Below are positions 19,066 through 28,012 of a stretch of DNA of 63,072 nucleotides, piece by piece (position 1 is the first letter of the stretch; each line of letters starts with the position of its first letter). Location: NCBI GenBank assembly GCA_020720815.1, contig DYNY01000005.1, positions 1-63,072 of the forward strand, written 5' to 3'. A program made the translations under genes and the position numbers. The notes under the pieces were generated by a model that worked only from the letters and a program-made list of their open reading frames with translations, was not told where the DNA came from and did not search any database. This DNA comes from Candidatus Elulimicrobium sp. GTDB lineage: Bacteria > Patescibacteriota > Minisyncoccia > Phycocordibacterales > UBA918.

Positions 19066-20400
19066 ATGGGTGAATTATTCAAACTGATTTTCGGGGCTAT
19101 GGCCGGACCGATTTTTTTGGGTCTTGGGTTTTTTATGATGTATAAGGTTCTTTCCTTATTCAATCTTAACGTTGCCCCAGTTGTATCTATCCTTGTAGTT
19201 CTAACTCCGATCTGGTTACCCTATACTTTATTTTATATTACTTTTGAAAAATGGATGTATTACGTCAAACTAAAGTTTGCTTTGAGTCAAGGTCGTAGTA
19301 CTTTGCGAATTCAACTACCGCAAGAAGTTTTTAAATCACCAGAAGCAATGGAAGGTGTTTTGGCACAGATACACAACGTTAACACTCCAGATAATCTTAT
19401 GCAGACTTACCTTGACGGTAAACATCCACTCACTTACGGTTTGGAATTAGTCTCTACTGGAGGGGAAGTACGCTTTTACATTAATGTACCTTCAAAGAAA
19501 ACCAAAAATGCTGTTGAAGCCCAACTTTATGCACAGTACCCTGGTATTGAAGTAACAGAAGAAATGCTTGATTACACTGATGAAATCATTTGGAATCCAG
19601 ATAAATATGAAATGATGTCTTTTCATATGGGTAAGAAAGAAGATGAAATCTTCCCGATTAAAACCTACATTGATTTTGGTCTAGATAGACTCCCAAAGGA
19701 AGAAGAGAAGTTTGAACCTATGGCTGCCATGTTAGAGCAACTTGGTAAAGCTAAACCGCACGAAAGAATTTGGGTACAAATATTAATCACACCACACGTC
19801 AAGAAAACTTTCAAAAATGGTAGTTTACATGAAGTTCCTACCTGGGACAAAAATGCCGCTATAAAAATTAATGAAATTTTAAAACGAGAAGCTAAACCCA
19901 TTCTTGACCCAAATGGACCTTACGAAGGGGTTCCTATGCTGACCACTGGAGAACGAGATAGTATTGCAGCGATGGAGCGAAATGTTAGTAAATATGCTTA
20001 CGGGGTAGCTATTCGCTGGATGTATATTACCGAGAAAGGTAAGTTCGACGGGGATTGCATTTCACCTATGATCAGAACCTTTTCCCAGTACGATATTATT
20101 GGTCGTAATGGTATTGGTGTAAGATGGCGAACTGACTTTGATTACAACTGGCTTTCGGACAGGTCAGGTAAACGAAAGGAAAATCTTAAAAAGCGTGAGC
20201 TATTCGACTACAAAGCAAGAAATTATAATTACGATCTTAAAACTAAAATTGATACATCGAAAGTATTTTCCGTTGAAGAGCTTGCTTCTATTTATCACGT
20301 CCCTGGTAGCTCAATTATTACCCCGTCCCTGCCACGTATAATGTCTAGCCGTAAAAGCGCACCATCAAATCTACCAACTGGTATTCAAACCGGAATTTAG
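19066..20400 (+). CDS. conserved-hypothetical membrane protein (2 N-terminal TM helices plus a large soluble domain)
   Basis: 444-aa ORF whose stop lies 1 nt before the next start (MltG paralogue 2); no catalytic motif recognised. Confidence 0.5.
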   Translation: MGELFKLIFGAMAGPIFLGLGFFMMYKVLSLFNLNVAPVVSILVVLTPIWLPYTLFYITFEKWMYYVKLKFALSQGRSTLRIQLPQEVFKSPEAMEGVLAQIHNVNTPDNLMQTYLDGKHPLTYGLELVSTGGEVRFYINVPSKKTKNAVEAQLYAQYPGIEVTEEMLDYTDEIIWNPDKYEMMSFHMGKKEDEIFPIKTYIDFGLDRLPKEEEKFEPMAAMLEQLGKAKPHERIWVQILITPHVKKTFKNGSLHEVPTWDKNAAIKINEILKREAKPILDPNGPYEGVPMLTTGERDSIAAMERNVSKYAYGVAIRWMYITEKGKFDGDCISPMIRTFSQYDIIGRNGIGVRWRTDFDYNWLSDRSGKRKENLKKRELFDYKARNYNYDLKTKIDTSKVFSVEELASIYHVPGSSIITPSLPRIMSSRKSAPSNLPTGIQTGI

Positions 20401-20401
20401 T

Positions 20402-21427
20402 ATGCCACCAATAATTAAGCACGACCCGGTTTTGAGTCTAAATAAAAAACCCGAATTATTAATTAAATCTACCCTAAAAACCATTTCGGCTTTTTTATTT
20501 TTAATCACTTTGCTGGGCATAGTAATATATAGCTACCTATTTATTTTCCTTAATAAAACACCCGCCAATTTTCCCATCAATGTACCAGTAACAATAAGAG
20601 AAGGAACTAGTGTAAAGGAAGCAGTCACTGTCTTTGCTGAAGCTGGCTTAGTGAAGTCCGAGTTAGCCTTGTATCTAACACTGTTAATTTGGTATGAACC
20701 TAGCGATATCAAGGCTAGTACCTACGTTTTTGATAAACCAATAGATACTAGGTCGATTGCTTACGAATTAACTCAGGGCAATTTTACAACCAACTTATTA
20801 CGTATTACTCACAAAGAAGGAGAGCGTGCATCTACCATCGCTAAAACAGCGGTAAAAATCTTGCCTGATTTTGATGGTCAAAAATTTATTAATCTTGCCG
20901 AACCAGTTGAGGGTACACTTTTCCCAGAGACATATTTTGTTCCTAAAGAATTTACGGCCGAGGAATTATTTAGTTTGATGACAATGACCTTTAACGAACA
21001 AATTGAGCCTTTAAAAACCGAAATCCGAAACTATTCTCTGACACTTAGGGAAATAATCACGTTAGCATCAATTATTGAAAGGGAAGCCAACTCACTGGAA
21101 AGTATGAAAATGGTGTCTGGTATACTACAAAATAGACTAAAAATTGGCATGGCTTTACAAGCAGACGCTTCGATAGAATACGCCTTGAATAAAGGACTCG
21201 GAGAATTAAATCCAGAAGATTTAAAGATTAATACCCCGTATAACACATACCTTTACACAGGGTTACCACCAACACCCATTGGCAACCCCGGTCTAGAAGC
21301 GATTAAGGCTGTCCTTAACCCAACACCGTCTGAATATTTTTACTACATTACAGGTAAAGATGGTAATTTTTATTATGCTAAAAATTTTAATGAACACCGT
21401 CTGAATATTGAAAGGTACTTGCGCTAA
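20402..21427 (+). CDS. mltG: endolytic murein transglycosylase MltG (YceG-like), paralogue 2
   Basis: N-terminal TM anchor; carries the YceG signatures ASIIEREA and YNTYLYTGLPPTPIGNPG. Confidence 0.8.
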   Translation: MPPIIKHDPVLSLNKKPELLIKSTLKTISAFLFLITLLGIVIYSYLFIFLNKTPANFPINVPVTIREGTSVKEAVTVFAEAGLVKSELALYLTLLIWYEPSDIKASTYVFDKPIDTRSIAYELTQGNFTTNLLRITHKEGERASTIAKTAVKILPDFDGQKFINLAEPVEGTLFPETYFVPKEFTAEELFSLMTMTFNEQIEPLKTEIRNYSLTLREIITLASIIEREANSLESMKMVSGILQNRLKIGMALQADASIEYALNKGLGELNPEDLKINTPYNTYLYTGLPPTPIGNPGLEAIKAVLNPTPSEYFYYITGKDGNFYYAKNFNEHRLNIERYLR

Positions 21428-21448
21428 ATTGTCAGGCTTGTTAGCCTT

Positions 21449-22525
21449 TTGTATAACATGAGTAACAAAACCTCCAAGAGAGTGTTCGTTGGCCTGTCTG
21501 GAGGTGTAGACTCTTCTGTAGGGGCTCTTCGCTTAAAAAAACAAGGCTATGATGTAGTGGGTGTTTTTATTAAAGTCTGGCATCCAGATTTTTTAGTATG
21601 TAATTCCGAAAAAGAACGACTTGATGCAATGCGCGTGGCAGCTCACTTAGATATTCCATTTCTCACATGCGATGCTGAGGTAGCATATCGAGATGAAGTT
21701 GCACGCTATTTTATAAACGAATATTTAGTTGGACGGACACCAAACCCTGACGTTATGTGTAATAAGCACGTTAAATTTGGGGCTTTTCTTGATTTTGCTA
21801 AAGAACACGGAGCAGATTTTATAGCTACCGGACATTATGCTAGACGAATTAGTGAAACGAATGGTTTGCAACTTTACCGTGGTGTTGATCCTAATAAGGA
21901 CCAATCATATTTTCTTTGGACACTAACACCTGAACAACTAGCTTATACTCTGCTACCAATAGGGGACACTATTAAAGACACTATTCGCCACGAAGCCAGT
22001 GAAGCAAGAATTCCCACTGCCCAAAAGAAAGATAGTCAGGGAATATGTTTCCTTGGACAAGTTGATATAAAAAATTTCTTGACTCACTACACCAAACTAG
22101 AGCCTGGTAATGTTATAAACGAAAAAGGTGAGATAATCGGAACTCATGAAGGTGCACTCATTTATACCCCCGGCCAAAGACACGGACTCACTATTAACAC
22201 ACACGAAGCTAGTCGTCAGCCATATTTTGTAGTTAGTAAAAACTTGGAACAAAATACCGTTACTGTCTCAGTCAACAAACCAAAACAGGCAGAAATGACC
22301 AAAATACAACTGTGCGACATAGTATTAAGACAAAAGATAGAGGTAGGCGATTCCCTACAAGCACAAAGTCGCTACCGACAAGAGCCTTTCCCGGTTGAAG
22401 TTTTAACTGTCTCAACTAAAAATATTACGCTTAAGCCGTTGGCTATAAGCGATGCCGTGGTTGTTGGTCAATCTTGTGTATTATATAAGGACAGTTGTTG
22501 CGTTGGGGGTGGTATCATAAGCTGA
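21449..22525 (+). CDS. mnmA: tRNA-specific 2-thiouridylase MnmA
   Basis: PP-loop VGLSGGVDSSV, NPDVMCN, ATGHYAR and DQSYFL. Confidence 0.9.
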   Translation: MYNMSNKTSKRVFVGLSGGVDSSVGALRLKKQGYDVVGVFIKVWHPDFLVCNSEKERLDAMRVAAHLDIPFLTCDAEVAYRDEVARYFINEYLVGRTPNPDVMCNKHVKFGAFLDFAKEHGADFIATGHYARRISETNGLQLYRGVDPNKDQSYFLWTLTPEQLAYTLLPIGDTIKDTIRHEASEARIPTAQKKDSQGICFLGQVDIKNFLTHYTKLEPGNVINEKGEIIGTHEGALIYTPGQRHGLTINTHEASRQPYFVVSKNLEQNTVTVSVNKPKQAEMTKIQLCDIVLRQKIEVGDSLQAQSRYRQEPFPVEVLTVSTKNITLKPLAISDAVVVGQSCVLYKDSCCVGGGIIS

Positions 22526-23376
22526 TGCACGTACAGGTCACGAAGGCAGATGGTACAACAGAGTACTTTAAAATCGAAAAATTACGTCGCTCACTACGGC
22601 GTTCTGGTGCTACGCCAGAAGAGGTTAATTTAGTTGTTTCTAAAGTTTTAACTGAACTTTATGATGGTATTTTGACACAAGAAATATATCGTCGTGCCTA
22701 TACAATACTGCAGGAACAAGAAACACCAATAGCTGCCCGTTACTCACTTCGTAGAGCCTTATTCAGTCTAGGTCCAACCGGGTTTCCTTTTGAATTATTA
22801 TTAGCCAGACTCTTTACTTCGGAAGGTTATAAAACACAAACAGGCATTATCTTGGAAGGACACTGTGCTTCACACGAAATTGACTTTGCCGCTTTTAATG
22901 AAAAACATAGTTTTGTTGGTGAAGCCAAGTTCCATGCTCGACCAGGCATTAAAACAGATTTGCAAGTAGCTATGTATTCTTATGCACGCTTGTTAGATTT
23001 GCGTGACAATCGGATTTGCCAAGAAAGTATTTGCGACATAAAAGAATTTTGGCTGGTTACAAACACTAAGTTCACCTCAGTAGCCGAACGTTATGCAGGT
23101 TGTGTGGGACTAAATTTACTAAGTTGGGATTTCCCTAAAAATAACAACCTTCATGACCGTATTCAACGCAATAAAATATATCCGATTACAGTTTTACAAA
23201 GCCTTACTAACAACCAAATCTCTGTTTTAATTGACCACGGCATAATTATTTGCAGGGATTTACTTGAGAATCCAGAGGTTTTACGATATTTACATATCAC
23301 AATAAGCAAGCATAAGGCAGTTTTAGCTGAAGTTGACTCAATTTTGTACGGAAAAATAACCGCTCAGAATGAATAA
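22525..23376 (+). CDS. ATP-cone domain fused to a restriction-endonuclease-like (PD-(D/E)XK) domain
   Basis: The N-terminus MHVQVTKADGTTEYFKIEKLRRSLRRSGATPEE is ATP-cone-like. The core HEIDFAAF...VGEAKFH fits D...ExK. The ATG overlaps the mnmA stop (TGATG). Confidence 0.6.
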   Translation: MHVQVTKADGTTEYFKIEKLRRSLRRSGATPEEVNLVVSKVLTELYDGILTQEIYRRAYTILQEQETPIAARYSLRRALFSLGPTGFPFELLLARLFTSEGYKTQTGIILEGHCASHEIDFAAFNEKHSFVGEAKFHARPGIKTDLQVAMYSYARLLDLRDNRICQESICDIKEFWLVTNTKFTSVAERYAGCVGLNLLSWDFPKNNNLHDRIQRNKIYPITVLQSLTNNQISVLIDHGIIICRDLLENPEVLRYLHITISKHKAVLAEVDSILYGKITAQNE

Positions 23377-23450
23377 AGTGTCAATATCTACGTTTATCTA
23401 GCTTGTGTTACAATCGGTCTATTACAACATTCAGCAATACAAACAAGCAT

Positions 23451-24011
23451 ATGGCAGAAGATAAACAAGAGGGACAGAAAACAGTTGTTTCATTCGTAGT
23501 TGGTTTACTCATCGGTGGTTTGCTCGTATGGGCATTCTCTAGTCCAGCTGAAGATACTCCAAAAAAAGATACCATTAATAAAGCGACCGAAGAAAAGGTT
23601 GAAGCTGAAACCGAGAATACAGATAACATCAAAGTAGAAGTTAGCGATAAAGGAGGAAATCAGGTAGTAGTAGAACCAGTCAAAGCTGTATTAACAGTTG
23701 GCGAAGGCAAGATCAGTGTACTTAATCAAGTAGCTAGTGCTAGTGTTAAACTAGACGGTGCGACTTATCCAGTGGCAGAAGGATGGGTAGGGGTACGTGA
23801 TTATCAAAATGGACAACTAGGGGCTTTACTTGGTGTGGTTCGCTTTAGTGAAGAACAAGGCTTGGTACCAAGTGTCATCATACTACAACGAGCGACAAAG
23901 GCTGGAAATGAATACGCGATCGTAGTTTACAAAGAAAATGGTGATCGACAATTCAACCTAGCTGAAGATGTACAGGTAGAGACCGTATTCTCGACATTTA
24001 CCGCTCAATAA
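23451..24011 (+). CDS. membrane-anchored hypothetical protein
   Basis: ATG 23451 follows an extended -10-like tgtTACAAT (23405-23413); one TM helix (VVSFVVGLLIGGLLVWAF). Confidence 0.45.
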   Translation: MAEDKQEGQKTVVSFVVGLLIGGLLVWAFSSPAEDTPKKDTINKATEEKVEAETENTDNIKVEVSDKGGNQVVVEPVKAVLTVGEGKISVLNQVASASVKLDGATYPVAEGWVGVRDYQNGQLGALLGVVRFSEEQGLVPSVIILQRATKAGNEYAIVVYKENGDRQFNLAEDVQVETVFSTFTAQ

Positions 24012-24030
24012 TTCCATAAAGAATTTTTAT

Positions 24031-24075
24031 AAAGAAATACCCCAGTCTTTAACTGGGGTATTTCTTTATTTTTTT
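24031..24075 (+). terminator. rho-independent terminator
   Basis: aaagaaatacccca / tggggtatttcttt forms a 14-bp stem followed by attttttt. Confidence 0.75.
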
Positions 24076-24095
24076 AATGATACAATATCAGAACT

Positions 24096-24878
24096 ATGGC
24101 TGAGTTTAAGAAATATAACCCCGACCGAAGCAGTGAGTGGAATTACGGTGGAACTAAGTGGAGACTTTCACGTTCTAAAATAGACTTTTTTTTTGAGTGC
24201 CCTCGTTGTTTTTATCTAGACAACAAACTCGGTACCAAGAGACCGTCATTTCCTTCTTTTAATTTGAACATAGCAGTTGATGAATTATTTAAGAAAGAAT
24301 TTGATATACACCGAAAAAATGGCACTGCTCATCCTATAATGACTAAGTACGAAGTTGACGCTATTCCTTTTGCTGATAAAAGAATAGATGCCTGGCGTGA
24401 CCCATTTGTAGGAATTGAGTATAAAGAACCAGAAACTGGCCTTGTTATATCAGGTGGAGTAGATGATATCTGGATTACCCCAGAAAAAAAGTTAATAATT
24501 GTTGATTACAAATCGACCTCAAAAGATGGATCAATTACCGAACTTAGCGATAGCCCTTGGGACCAGCAATACCAAAGACAACTCGGTGTGTATCGCTGGC
24601 TCCTAGAAAAAATCGGTTTTACCGTGGAAGAAATCGGTTATCTGGTTTACGCCAACGCTAGTAAAGATTTTGATGCATTTGACGATCAACTTATTTTTGA
24701 AACTACTCTGGTTACCGTGAAAACTAACACCCGCTGGATCTTGCCGACTCTGCATAAAATCAAGGCTTGCTTGGATAGTGATACAATACCAAGTATCGGT
24801 GAACGTTGCGAATTTTGCCCCTACCGAGAAGCTTGTGGTAAGAAACTGCAGTTCATCTACCATGCCAACAAAAAATAA
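24096..24878 (+). CDS. PD-(D/E)XK nuclease, Cas4/RecB-like, with a putative Fe-S cysteine set
   Basis: GGVDDIW...IIVDYKS fits the D...(D/E)xK core. N-terminal CPRC plus C-terminal CEFCPYREAC (CX2CX5C) resemble Cas4/AddB. Confidence 0.65.
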   Translation: MAEFKKYNPDRSSEWNYGGTKWRLSRSKIDFFFECPRCFYLDNKLGTKRPSFPSFNLNIAVDELFKKEFDIHRKNGTAHPIMTKYEVDAIPFADKRIDAWRDPFVGIEYKEPETGLVISGGVDDIWITPEKKLIIVDYKSTSKDGSITELSDSPWDQQYQRQLGVYRWLLEKIGFTVEEIGYLVYANASKDFDAFDDQLIFETTLVTVKTNTRWILPTLHKIKACLDSDTIPSIGERCEFCPYREACGKKLQFIYHANKK

Positions 24879-25146
24879 GAATGTTAGCGCTACATTTAGT
24901 GACAAAGTAAAGCAGGTTGTGGTAGAGATATTGCCGGGTAATGTCCTTAGCTATAAACAAGTGGCTAAGCTGGCCGGCAAGGAAAACGCTTTCAGAGCTG
25001 TAGCCACCATAATGAAGAAAAACTATGATACAACTGTACCCTGCCATCGCGTAATTTTGAGTAATGGTAAAGTCGGTGAATATAATCGTGGTGGGCCAAA
25101 AGAGAAGCTGCGTAAACTCTTAGCCGAAGGTTGGATCAACAAATGA
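24862..25146 (+). CDS. stand-alone methylated-DNA-protein-cysteine methyltransferase (MGMT/Ogt) C-terminal domain protein
   Basis: Active-site PCHRV is present (VPCHRVILSNGKVGEY), preceded by the HTH YKQVAKLAG. ATG 24862 overlaps the upstream nuclease gene by 17 nt. Confidence 0.7.
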   Translation: MPTKNKNVSATFSDKVKQVVVEILPGNVLSYKQVAKLAGKENAFRAVATIMKKNYDTTVPCHRVILSNGKVGEYNRGGPKEKLRKLLAEGWINK

Positions 25147-25192
25147 ACCTTAAACATTTGCCGGCTTTGAATGAAGTGCTACACTAAGTCAT

Positions 25193-25795
25193 ATGTACTC
25201 ATACCGCATCGAACAAGCCATTAGAGCGGCAGCGGTTTTACACAAAGACCAGCTTCGCAAAGGCTCTATGCCGTTTCCATATGTAACGCACTTAGTGGCG
25301 ACATCATTTACTTTACTAGACTATACTCACGATGAAGACATAATTATTTCGGCTTTGCTTCATGACACACTAGAAGATACTGACTACACTTTAGATGAAC
25401 TTCAAGAGGATTTTGGTAGCCGAGTACGAGAAATTATTGAGACTGTAACAGAACCAAAAAGTACTTCTAAACAAAAAATTTCTTGGCACGAAAAGAAAAA
25501 CATCTACGCTAAGCAATTAAAGAAAGGTCCGATTGAAGCAGTAATGGTAGCGGCGGCCGATAAGATACATAATTTTAGAACCTTAGTCGAAGACTATTAT
25601 GATGCTCATGATAGATTTATCCAGGATTTTGGAAATAATTTTGATGAGCGGATTGAGGCTTACCAGAATATTGCAAATGTCATTAATAACCGCTTAAATG
25701 GTCCAATCCTTGCCGAATTTAACCATGTTTTTGATGAATATAAAAAATTCATTATAACCGTGAAAGAAGCTGAGGAGAGAAAATATTTCGAGTAA
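25193..25795 (+). CDS. HD-domain (p)ppGpp hydrolase-like protein (RelA/SpoT hydrolase domain only)
   Basis: HKDQLRKGSMPFPYVTHL, ALLHDTLEDT and AADKIHNFRTL match the SpoT/Mesh1 HD-domain signatures. Confidence 0.65.
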   Translation: MYSYRIEQAIRAAAVLHKDQLRKGSMPFPYVTHLVATSFTLLDYTHDEDIIISALLHDTLEDTDYTLDELQEDFGSRVREIIETVTEPKSTSKQKISWHEKKNIYAKQLKKGPIEAVMVAAADKIHNFRTLVEDYYDAHDRFIQDFGNNFDERIEAYQNIANVINNRLNGPILAEFNHVFDEYKKFIITVKEAEERKYFE

Positions 25796-25821
25796 CAAAA
25801 ACCTATAAATAAATATCCTGC

Positions 25822-27669
25822 ATGGCCAAAAAAACTACCGCAACCAAAAATAAACTGCCTTATCGAAGCTCAGACAGTTTACCATTACTACCTAATTACA
25901 AAACAAGTTGGGATCTTTTTGGCCTTTATTATAAAGACGAAAACGATATAAAAATTGAAGAGGATATTAAGACAGCAATTAAAACCTACAAAGGATTTGC
26001 TAGACGCTGGCGTAATTCAAATTTTACTAGTAATGCCGGTGTACTTTTGTCTTCCCTTACTGATTACGAGCAAATTTCTGGTAACCCAACTTTAAGCAGA
26101 CCTGGTCGCTATTTTTCTTTGCGTTTAGCACTTAACGTAACTGATACTGTAGCTGATAAAGCCTTGGCTACAATTAGAAAAAGACTTCGTGTCGCTGGGG
26201 ACGAAATATTGTTTTTTACTTTAGAGCTAGGAAAAATACCCAAAGCTAAACAAGATGTATTTCTTAAAGATCCAGCTCTTAAACATTATAACTATTTCCT
26301 CAAACAAGTATTCATTGGTGCAAAGCATGATCTGACTGAAATTGAAGAAAAAATAATTAGACTAAAGAGTCCACAATCATCCACCCTTTGGCAGCAAATG
26401 ACAGAAAAATTGGTAAGCACGGCGGAAATAGCTTGGAAAGGGAAAAACCTACCACTACCGGAAGCTTTGGAAACTATTGAGACATTAAAAAGCAACGACA
26501 AACCAATACTTTGGGGAAGAATTATAGACAAAATAGACAACTTCGGTATTATCGCCGAGCATGAATTCAACGCGATTATCTCTGATGTTAGAATGGAAGA
26601 CGATTTACGAAAGTACAAAAAACCATATAGTGCCACCGCTCTTGATTATCAACATGATGAAAAAAGCATTGAAGCCCTAGTGGAAGCCGTAAGTACCGAA
26701 GGTTTCGCCCTGAGTCGTAAATTTTACGCACTTAAAGCAAAATATCTCAATGTAAAACAAATTAATTATGCACAAAAGTATGACACCATCGGTGATGCAC
26801 CCAAGATAGATTTTTCCGAAGCACTTAATGTCTGTCGCGATGTTTTTTATCAAGTAAATACAATCTACGGTCAAATCTTTGATGATATGCTTATAAAAGG
26901 GCAACTTGATGTCTTCCCGAAGGGAGGGAAACAAGGAGGCGCCTTCATGTCAAGCCAAACCGGCCATCCTATTCAAGTATTGTTAAATCATTCTGACACT
27001 ATGAAGGCGCTCGAAACCCTAGCACATGAGATGGGTCACGCTGTTCATTCAGCCAGATCCAGTACACAATCACCACTTTATGAAGGGCACTCTATAGTCA
27101 CCGCTGAAACTGCCAGTACTTTGTTTGAAAATTTGGTCTTTAACGCCATTTTTAGTACCGCTGATGACTTCACCAAGATTGTACTCTTGCATGATAAAAT
27201 CACAGGCGATATTGCCACCATGCAAAGACAGATTGCCTTCTTCAATTGTGAGCTAGAGATTCATAATACAATTCATAAGGAAGGAGCAATGACACACGAC
27301 GAATTAAAGAACTGTATGCATCACCACCTCACTTCTTATCTTGGACCAGCCGTTAATGTTACCGCTAAGGACGGTGCCTCCTATGTCTATATACCGCATT
27401 TACGTTATGGCTTTTATGTCTACTCTTATACCTTTGGAAATTTAATGAGTACCATTATGGCCAATCGCTATAAGGAAAATAATTTTTACCGAGAAAAAAT
27501 TGATGTTTTCCTGACTTTAGGTGAGTCAGACAACGTCGTTAATATCTTCAAAAAAATTGGCATTGACACTACTAAAGCCGACACTTTTAGTAATGCCTTA
27601 AAAAATCATGCTAATGACATCTCTACTTTAGAGATGTTAATTAGCAAGAATAAACCGAAACTGGTGTAA
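25822..27669 (+). CDS. pepF: oligoendopeptidase F (M3B metallopeptidase)
   Basis: 615-aa ORF with zinc motif HEMGHAVH and a downstream E (TAETAS). Confidence 0.8.
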   Translation: MAKKTTATKNKLPYRSSDSLPLLPNYKTSWDLFGLYYKDENDIKIEEDIKTAIKTYKGFARRWRNSNFTSNAGVLLSSLTDYEQISGNPTLSRPGRYFSLRLALNVTDTVADKALATIRKRLRVAGDEILFFTLELGKIPKAKQDVFLKDPALKHYNYFLKQVFIGAKHDLTEIEEKIIRLKSPQSSTLWQQMTEKLVSTAEIAWKGKNLPLPEALETIETLKSNDKPILWGRIIDKIDNFGIIAEHEFNAIISDVRMEDDLRKYKKPYSATALDYQHDEKSIEALVEAVSTEGFALSRKFYALKAKYLNVKQINYAQKYDTIGDAPKIDFSEALNVCRDVFYQVNTIYGQIFDDMLIKGQLDVFPKGGKQGGAFMSSQTGHPIQVLLNHSDTMKALETLAHEMGHAVHSARSSTQSPLYEGHSIVTAETASTLFENLVFNAIFSTADDFTKIVLLHDKITGDIATMQRQIAFFNCELEIHNTIHKEGAMTHDELKNCMHHHLTSYLGPAVNVTAKDGASYVYIPHLRYGFYVYSYTFGNLMSTIMANRYKENNFYREKIDVFLTLGESDNVVNIFKKIGIDTTKADTFSNALKNHANDISTLEMLISKNKPKLV

Positions 27670-27682
27670 AATAATTATCAAT

Positions 27683-27958
27683 GTGAATATTCTTTTTTGG
27701 GGTTTAACTGTAGGAGTTTTTGGTAAGGTCTTGGTGGCTTTGGCAATCTTGAAAGTACACCACATAATGGCTGAGGAAAGAAAGATTGATAATCGTGTCA
27801 TTCGTTCATTTGCTTTTGAGAAAACTATCACTATTCTTGGCGTTGTGGGCATCGTCGTTGGTTATATGATGGAACTATACTTTTACGGCTTAACCCCATT
27901 GCTTACGTGTCATGGTAGTGAATGTTACCAAGCCGCCTCAGCCATTCTCTCGCAATAA
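27683..27958 (+). CDS. small membrane protein
   Basis: 91-aa ORF with two TM helices and a GTG/TTG-type start; a weak call. Confidence 0.35.
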   Translation: MNILFWGLTVGVFGKVLVALAILKVHHIMAEERKIDNRVIRSFAFEKTITILGVVGIVVGYMMELYFYGLTPLLTCHGSECYQAASAILSQ

Positions 27959-28012
27959 TTAAATATTTTGCTATAGTGTCACTATTAATAGGTTTCTAAA
28001 CTATATTTTGCT

